The notes beneath the pieces are model-generated. The model saw only the letters and a list, made by a program, of their open reading frames with translations. It was not told the DNA's origin and made no database searches. Below are positions 57,958 through 64,000 of a stretch of DNA of 64,000 nucleotides, piece by piece. This DNA comes from a virus (taxonomy: Duplodnaviria > Caudoviricetes). The DNA lies in the IMG/VR virus record IMGVR_UViG_3300020460_001010, positions 1-64,000 of that record; one strand, written 5' to 3'. Positions within the stretch are counted from its first letter, which is position 1, and the number at the start of each line of letters is the position of its first letter. A program made the translations under genes and the position numbers.

Positions 57958-58299
57958 ATGAATAAGACTTTATTAAAGCAAACTATTCTTGAACTCTTTG
58001 AAGAGGTAACCGAGGAAAATTCAACTGACATTCGGTTGGATGAGTCTTTTAAACCTGCATACCACGCACTTCTTAAATTTTTATTAAAGATGGTACAAAA
58101 GGGAAAGTTTCGTAGACCTTATGATATTGACACCAGTTCCGGACGAATGGTTTTTGTCACGAAAGGTGGGAAGAAACTTGTAATTAATGATGCTAACATC
58201 GGTATTACTATCTTAAAGACATGGAAAGGTAGAAAGGATAAGAATTTCTTTGACTACAGTGAGCATGATGAAATTATGAAATTTGCACTTGCTGGTTGA
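57958..58299 (+). CDS. Hypothetical protein (MNKTLLKQTILE leader)
   Basis: ATG 4 nt after TATTTATT (57946-57953). Confidence 0.75.
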   Translation: MNKTLLKQTILELFEEVTEENSTDIRLDESFKPAYHALLKFLLKMVQKGKFRRPYDIDTSSGRMVFVTKGGKKLVINDANIGITILKTWKGRKDKNFFDYSEHDEIMKFALAG

Positions 58300-58329
58300 T
58301 TATATATCAAAAAAAGAAAAAAAAATACA

Positions 58330-58358
58330 TTGACCGAATATATATATTTTGTTAAGGT
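58330..58358 (+). promoter_or_regulatory. Possible sigma70-type promoter TTGACC-N17-TAAGGT (extended -10)
   Basis: TG-n-TAnnnT with a near-consensus -35. Confidence 0.4.
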
Positions 58359-58389
58359 TTAATGTATAAATTAAAAAAGGTTACAAATT

Positions 58390-59325
58390 ATGGCAGACGA
58401 TAATACACCAGTCGAACTTCCACCGGAAGTTAAGGAAGCAATGCGAAGGGATGCGGAAAAGACGGCATCGACCCAACAAAAGGCACAACCATCCCCATCG
58501 CAATCAACACCAACGCAAGATGCACCTGTGTTTTCACAACAAACGGATCAGGTACAAACTACACAATACCCGAGTGAGGTTATTGATTTACCAAGTCGTG
58601 GTTGGTTCTACCCACCCGAGTCTCCACTTGCAAGAGGTAAGGTTGACATCAAATACATGACTGCAAAGGAAGAAGACATTCTGACCAGTCAAAACTTGAT
58701 TAAGAAGGGTCTTGTTCTTGATAAATTGCTTGAAGAACTTATTGTTACACCTGGCATTTCTCTTGACGATATTTTAGTTGGTGATAAGAATGCAATTTTT
58801 ATCGCCGCAAGAATTCTTGCGTATGGTAAGGACTATAAGGTTAAATTTAAGGACCCATCAACTGGTGACGATGTTGAAGATGTAATTGATCTAACTCACC
58901 TTGATAATAAGGAATTTGACTTTGAGAGTGCAGAACGTGGAAGAAACTTATTTGAATATGAACTTCCGTATAGTAAGAAGAAGATACATTGGAGTCTACT
59001 GAAGCACTCGGATGAAAAGGCAATTGATGCAGAACTAAAGAGTCTTAAAAAGTTTTCAAGGGATAAGAACCAGTCAAGTGAAGTTACGACACGTCTTAAG
59101 TATGTTATTAAGGCACTTGATGGTGAAGATGATAAAACTAAGATTAAGAAATATGTGGATACCGAGTTGCTTGCAAGGGATAGTTTGTCTTTCCGCAATC
59201 ACATTAAGGAAAATACTCCTGATATTGATTTGACCTTTAATTTTGAGTCTGAAGAAACGGGATATACCGAAAGGATGAATCTGCCCCTTGGGGTAGACTT
59301 TTTTTACCCTACCGCCCGAGTATAA
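58390..59325 (+). CDS. T4 gp26-like baseplate hub/tail assembly chaperone
   Basis: IDLPSRG.FY, KYMTAKEEDIL, GDKNAIFIAARILAYG, terminal PLGVDFF; between tube and tape measure genes. Confidence 0.85.
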   Translation: MADDNTPVELPPEVKEAMRRDAEKTASTQQKAQPSPSQSTPTQDAPVFSQQTDQVQTTQYPSEVIDLPSRGWFYPPESPLARGKVDIKYMTAKEEDILTSQNLIKKGLVLDKLLEELIVTPGISLDDILVGDKNAIFIAARILAYGKDYKVKFKDPSTGDDVEDVIDLTHLDNKEFDFESAERGRNLFEYELPYSKKKIHWSLLKHSDEKAIDAELKSLKKFSRDKNQSSEVTTRLKYVIKALDGEDDKTKIKKYVDTELLARDSLSFRNHIKENTPDIDLTFNFESEETGYTERMNLPLGVDFFYPTARV

Positions 59326-59548
59326 GGTCAACCTCCACGAAGAGGTTTTTAACTTATCTTATTACAGTCAAGGTGCGTTTACGCAGGAAATTGTCTACAA
59401 TCTCCCGATACATCTTAGAAGGTTTTATGCCAAGAAACTTATCGATGTAAAGAACAAGGAAAACGAGCAAGCAAAAAAGGCTCAACAAGATGCAAAGTCT
59501 AAGGCATCCGCTGCAAAGGCTCGTTCACCAAAACGTTCATATAAATAA
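59297..59548 (+). CDS. Start-less +1-frame ORF (FFTLPPEYKVNLHEEVFNLSYYSQGAF...YNLPIHLRRFY...SYK); C-terminal part of a frameshifted chaperone
   Basis: Open between TAG 59294-59296 and TAA 59546-59548; no in-frame ATG/GTG/TTG; begins at T7 run 59299-59305. Confidence 0.8.
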   Translation, partial: TFFTLPPEYKVNLHEEVFNLSYYSQGAFTQEIVYNLPIHLRRFYAKKLIDVKNKENEQAKKAQQDAKSKASAAKARSPKRSYK

Positions 59549-59582
59549 GTCAATTTTTTGATACATTGACTGGGTTTATTTT

Positions 59583-59615
59583 AACTCCGTTTTTAACACA
59601 AAACGGAGTTCTTTT
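59583..59615 (+). terminator. Rho-independent terminator
   Basis: AACTCCGTTTT-TAACAC-AAAACGGAGTT-CTTTT, downstream of the frameshift ORF stop. Confidence 0.75.
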
Positions 59616-59656
59616 ATATTTATGAATATATCTACATATATTTAGGAGTTTTTGTA

Positions 59657-59941
59657 ATGAAAAAGAAGTTATACACCGAAGCACAGATAAATGAAATTTT
59701 GAGTAAAATTGCAACTGCCATTTTGGGAGGTTACACCAAGGGACTTCTTAAAGTTGCCGAGAAAGACCCCAAGTTACATCAGGCAATTAGTGCAGTTGCG
59801 GATGCAAAGATAGCGTTGGATGATTATGTTAGTGCAGAGTATATGCTTCCAGATGCGGAAAGTTTGTCAGATAACAGTAAGAAAAACCAACTACGACTAC
59901 AAAAAAATCTTGCAAAACTTGCACAACGTCGCAAAAAATGA
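59657..59941 (+). CDS. Small helical protein upstream of tape measure
   Basis: TATTTATG (59617) and AGGAG RBS (59644). Confidence 0.75.
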   Translation: MKKKLYTEAQINEILSKIATAILGGYTKGLLKVAEKDPKLHQAISAVADAKIALDDYVSAEYMLPDAESLSDNSKKNQLRLQKNLAKLAQRRKK

Positions 59942-59968
59942 GTGTGAAGTTCCACAGGAAATATCATT

Positions 59969-62900
59969 ATGCCACCGGACCAGGATGAATCTGAAAATGA
60001 GAATATTCAACAACTTATTGATATTCTCAAAAAGCATAATGCGGACTTGTATCAAAGTTTGATAAAGTCAGTTGGTGCAACTGATGCAAACTTGATATCG
60101 TTTATAAAGGAATATAAGCGAAAACAGAAAAATCAAAAGGCAGATTTAGGTGATATATTGAAGGCAACTAAAGGTGTAAATAAACACCTTGAAAAAGATT
60201 TAGATTCTTTTGTTGATAGTTTTCTGAACTATGTTGATAAACAAAAGGATGCAAATTCTAAAGTCATATCATCAACCGAAAGTATAAGTGCATCGTTGTC
60301 AAAGGAAATATCAAAGATAGATTCTGGAGTCGGAGGACTTGCGAAGTCCACAAATTCTGCTTTAATAAAGATGCAAAGTTTGATGGCAAACTTGGCGAAA
60401 GAATATACTGCGATGTCTAGAGCATCTGCACACGTAATTAAGACCGCAACATTGGATGGGACGAAAGTCGGAGGAAAAAGTGAACCTGGTGGTTCGTTGG
60501 TTGCGGTGTCAAATATATCGGAACTTGCCAGTGGAGTTGCAACTGCAACTTCATCTGTAAATGACTTATCTGCCGAATATGATAGTCACGAAGCAACTGC
60601 AACACAGGCTAAAGAAATCACACTGACAAATCGGAATGCGGCCGCAGAAACTCTAGGGGCTGCACAGGCAGACCAAATGTCAGCAACGGCAACCGCAGAT
60701 TCGGAGGGAAATTATATTGATATGCAGAAATCTGTCGAAGTTCTTAAAGACGGACATAAAACTGCAATGCAGTATATGACTGACGGAACAAGTCATCTTG
60801 CAAGAAATATTGATATGGCGTCGGACATGGCACTGCACCAACAGAAGAAGTTTGCTTCGGAAAGTGCCAACGCAGGAGCCAACACTGGAATCACATCTGA
60901 GGATTGGTTGGGTGCTGTCACAACTACGAATGATGTTGATTTGTCTGGGCTGGAAGAACTTGCGAACAAACGAACAGATATTGCCAGACAAATGCAGGAA
61001 TCGGCAGAAAAAGGTACACTCAGTGACGATTTGCCTGGAATTGCAGACGATTATGTTGCAGATCTGCAAAAACAAAGTTCGGCTGCACGGGAATATCTGG
61101 ATGCTCGTCGTGACGACATTGCAGACTATAGAAGTGAGGTTGAAGAACTTGGTGCGGAGCATACCGATTTAACCAAACGCATGGTGAATATGGATAAAAC
61201 ATCGGATGAGTATAAAAATGCAGCCGAGGAAGCACAACTCCTACAGGACACAATGGAGGGTCTTAACCGAGAAATCGGAAACTATGAAGCAGTTGGTCAA
61301 ATTTCTGTTACACTTGATGCGAATCTAAAGGGAATGGAGACAATTGAACAGGCAAGAAATAATTTGGAACAATTTGAAAGTCAGGCAAACGGATTTAAAA
61401 TCCAACAAGGTGCATTTGAAAATCTCAAGGGACTTCTCACCACAATTCAACGTGGAACACGGAAGGTGTCTAACAAGGAACTTGCATCTGCATATAAAGA
61501 TGCAGGAATGCAGAATATGCCGGAGTACGATCAGGCTGTACAAAATCCGATTGGTCTTGCAAGTTTGCCGGAAAATTATCATAAACTTACCGATGATCTG
61601 AACAGACGACAACAAGAAGCATATCAAAATCAACAGGCCGCATTGGCAGATGCCGAGAAGATTCATGGTGAGATAGCATCCGTAAATTCGACAAACATTG
61701 GTTATGCGAACCGGATGGTTAAAAGACAAGAGGAACAGAATGATTTGGCAGAAGAGGCTTTGGGACTTGCTCAGAAAACTCAGGAAATTGCTCTTGAGGC
61801 AACGGGGACCGGAGTTTGGTCAGATTCCATAATAAAGCAGACCGATGCATTTCACGATAAAATGCTCGACATTGTAGGTAAAGTTCCATTATTGGGTACG
61901 GCTATGAGATCTGCATTGGAAGAACCGATGAAGAAATCTAAAGAGAAAATGCAGGACATAGTTGTCCAAGGCATCGGGGGAATCTCCTCAAAAATTGCAG
62001 AATTGCACAAACAGAATGGTAAAGATGGCATTCTTGGTCCAGTAAGTGCATCGGAAAAATTCGGCATAATTAAAGATGGTTTCAAGGACATGGGAAAGCA
62101 AATCACAGGACTTACCAGTATGTTTGCCAATTTGTTTTCACCTGCCATCATAGGTGCAGGTATATTATTTGTTCTGATCGGCCTTGCCATTTCTCGGTTT
62201 CTTGAACTGGACAAAGCTGCCGAAGACTTTAGACGTGAAGTTGGACTTGGTCGTGATCAGACTGCGGAAATTGAGGATATTGCCAGGAATGTAAATGTTG
62301 AATTCCAAAAGTTTGGGATAAGTCTGGAACACGCATTTCACGCAGCCAGTGCGTTGACTAATCAGTTTGGAACACTTGTAATGGCAACTAGAGAAAATGT
62401 TGAAATGGTTGCACTCCTTGCAGAGAATCATGCGGTATCAACTGCAAACGCTGCGGGTGCGTTGGATGTGTTATCAAGAGTTGGAGACGGAACTGCGGAG
62501 TCGGCAAGAAGTGCAATGCACCTTGCAACTGGAATGGCAAAGGCTGCCGGTGTACCTTTGGATAAGGTTATGGAAGATGTTGCAGGAGCAAGTGATGAAA
62601 CTCTTGCATTGATACGAGGAAGTACAAAAGAATTGATACACGCATCTGTTGAAGCACGTAGACTTGGTGTATCCCTTGAAACATTAAGTGGGGCTGCATC
62701 TCATATGCTTGATTTTGAATCGAGTATTAGAAGTGAAATGGAGGCATCGGTTTTTGCAGGACGTCATTTAAGTTTCGCAAAGTCAAGACAACTTGCTTTT
62801 GAGGGTGACATTGTAGGAATGCAAAAAGCATCGTTGGAAACAATAAAACAGGCAGGTGAATGGACGGAACTGAGTTATTTCCAACAAAAGAAACTTGCAG

Positions 62901-64000
62901 AGGCAGCCGGTATGACTGTGGGTGAAATCGGAACACAACTTACCCGTGAAAAGCAACTTGAAGCATTAAAGCATGGAACGGCCGAACAACAGAAAATGTA
63001 TAATCGGTATATGCAAATGCAGAGTGATCTGCAAGATGGCAATAATAAGTCTTTGGAGCAACAGGGTGAGGAGATGATCAAGCAAGAGTTGATGCAGAGC
63101 AAGATGAATGAACTTAAAGACCGATTCAGAGCAATTATGACCGAACTGGGTGAAAAACTATTGCCACTTGTTGAGGTAGGTTTTTCATTGATAGTACCAA
63201 TTGTACAGGTTCTATTTGAAACTGCAAAATTGATACTGATGCCGTTCACTGTGTTGTCTGATATAGTTAGAGCATTGACAGGAGATTTTAGTGGTCTTGG
63301 TGAAAGATTTGGAAGTTTTGGGGATATTGCATATACTGCACTTGGACTTATTATTGGTTCTGTTGTTCTTCTAAATACTAAGTTACTTGGATTGGGTCCA
63401 TTGATAGGAAAAGTCGGAACAGGTATTTCAGGAATGTTCACAGGTGGTAAAGAGGCCCTTGCAGGCCTAACAAAGGGACTTGGTGACTTTTTTAATGGAG
63501 GAGAAACCGGCGCAACTTCACTTGGATCGAAAATGAGAACTATGTTTGATGGATTATCAAAGAAGGTAACCGGAATGTTCAGTTCAGACGATGCGGTCAA
63601 AGGTGCAACGAAAAAGGCAAAAGATAAAATAAAGAGTACGGTTGCAGACAAAGCAAAAGATGTTGCCGAGGATGTTGCACAGGAAAAGGTAACGGACTCG
63701 ATTTCATCTGGAACCCGTGGTGGATCGGATGTATCAAAGAATTCCATGCCTGATGTAGACACAGATAAAGGTGGTAAGGGTGTAACAAGTTTTGCTGAAA
63801 AATTTAATTCAATTGATATGAAAAAAATCCTACAAGGTGCGGCCGCATTATTGGTTTTATCGGGTGCATTGTGGGTATCTGCAAAAGCATTTCAAGAATT
63901 TGGTAAAGTTACATGGGATGGTGTATTAAAGGGCACGGCTGCACTTGGAGTTTTGGTGGGTGGACTTTATGCAATTGGAAAGGTAATGGATCAAAATGCA
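59969..64000 (+). CDS. Tape measure protein (partial, at least 1344 codons; runs off the window)
   Basis: ATG CCA CCG GAC at 59969; same frame reads ..GLYAIGKVMDQNA at the window end; Ala/Gly-rich helical sequence, LLDFESSI..E-type motif (MLDFESSIRSEMEA), hydrophobic segments near 63170-63420; absent from the ORF track because it has no stop. Confidence 0.88.
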   Translation, partial: MPPDQDESENENIQQLIDILKKHNADLYQSLIKSVGATDANLISFIKEYKRKQKNQKADLGDILKATKGVNKHLEKDLDSFVDSFLNYVDKQKDANSKVISSTESISASLSKEISKIDSGVGGLAKSTNSALIKMQSLMANLAKEYTAMSRASAHVIKTATLDGTKVGGKSEPGGSLVAVSNISELASGVATATSSVNDLSAEYDSHEATATQAKEITLTNRNAAAETLGAAQADQMSATATADSEGNYIDMQKSVEVLKDGHKTAMQYMTDGTSHLARNIDMASDMALHQQKKFASESANAGANTGITSEDWLGAVTTTNDVDLSGLEELANKRTDIARQMQESAEKGTLSDDLPGIADDYVADLQKQSSAAREYLDARRDDIADYRSEVEELGAEHTDLTKRMVNMDKTSDEYKNAAEEAQLLQDTMEGLNREIGNYEAVGQISVTLDANLKGMETIEQARNNLEQFESQANGFKIQQGAFENLKGLLTTIQRGTRKVSNKELASAYKDAGMQNMPEYDQAVQNPIGLASLPENYHKLTDDLNRRQQEAYQNQQAALADAEKIHGEIASVNSTNIGYANRMVKRQEEQNDLAEEALGLAQKTQEIALEATGTGVWSDSIIKQTDAFHDKMLDIVGKVPLLGTAMRSALEEPMKKSKEKMQDIVVQGIGGISSKIAELHKQNGKDGILGPVSASEKFGIIKDGFKDMGKQITGLTSMFANLFSPAIIGAGILFVLIGLAISRFLELDKAAEDFRREVGLGRDQTAEIEDIARNVNVEFQKFGISLEHAFHAASALTNQFGTLVMATRENVEMVALLAENHAVSTANAAGALDVLSRVGDGTAESARSAMHLATGMAKAAGVPLDKVMEDVAGASDETLALIRGSTKELIHASVEARRLGVSLETLSGAASHMLDFESSIRSEMEASVFAGRHLSFAKSRQLAFEGDIVGMQKASLETIKQAGEWTELSYFQQKKLAEAAGMTVGEIGTQLTREKQLEALKHGTAEQQKMYNRYMQMQSDLQDGNNKSLEQQGEEMIKQELMQSKMNELKDRFRAIMTELGEKLLPLVEVGFSLIVPIVQVLFETAKLILMPFTVLSDIVRALTGDFSGLGERFGSFGDIAYTALGLIIGSVVLLNTKLLGLGPLIGKVGTGISGMFTGGKEALAGLTKGLGDFFNGGETGATSLGSKMRTMFDGLSKKVTGMFSSDDAVKGATKKAKDKIKSTVADKAKDVAEDVAQEKVTDSISSGTRGGSDVSKNSMPDVDTDKGGKGVTSFAEKFNSIDMKKILQGAAALLVLSGALWVSAKAFQEFGKVTWDGVLKGTAALGVLVGGLYAIGKVMDQNA

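Noticed and set aside
1684-59624. T4-type TATAAATA promoters driving minus-strand transcription
   Set aside because: No minus-strand genes to serve; fixed 3-4 nt spacing to + strand ATGs favours the + orientation
59820-62612. Short + strand ORFs suggesting a fragmented right end
   Set aside because: They are off-frame within the tape measure ORF starting at 59969, omitted from the track because it lacks a stop
405-63788. Minus-strand ORFs in the track (e.g. 55565-56401, 62875-63762, 8743-9027, 47983-48435)
   Set aside because: They are antisense shadows of well-supported + strand genes, with no recognisable motifs or own expression signals
1-64000. Stop-codon reassignment as in some jumbo phages
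   Set aside because: Genes are full length in the standard code, and TAG, TGA and TAA all end genes at natural boundaries (e.g. TAG 8096, 25281; TGA 6118)
1-64000. tRNA or rRNA genes, integrase, transposase
   Set aside because: Intergenic gaps are short and AT-rich with no cloverleaf seen; no recombinase or transposase motifs recognised

Overview
A 64-kb segment of a large, AT-rich, T4-like (myovirus/jumbo-type) phage genome. All convincing genes lie on the + strand and read in the standard code. Gene order: end of a Pro/Thr-repeat protein, gp55-like sigma factor, baseplate cluster (gp5-like spike, gp25, gp6, DNRLRE protein, 2597-aa LamG protein, FG-GAP/dockerin protein), a replication/recombination island (RuvC-like, primase, SbcD/SbcC), probable head-packaged proteins (P-loop kinase, nucleotidyltransferase/ligase-like polyprotein, others), terminase, a lipoprotein, portal, prohead protease, scaffold, major capsid, neck, tail terminator, sheath, tube, tail chaperone and a tape measure gene running off the right end. 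Main observations: (1) a start-less +1-frame ORF reached through a T7 run at the end of the gp26-like gene, a likely programmed frameshift; (2) an SbcD-SbcC fusion cut inside the nuclease domain by an inserted GT9 glycosyltransferase; (3) a cohort of genes with capsid-targeting-like helices and prohead-protease-type sites, including a Pnk-like kinase and an NTase plus KxDG-ligase-like polyprotein, possibly an injected nucleic-acid repair/anti-defence kit; (4) two promoter classes (TATTTAT and sigma70-like), both often positioned to give leaderless mRNAs; (5) tandem SGS and Pro/Thr arrays in virion proteins. All family assignments come from motif recognition by eye; no database search was run.
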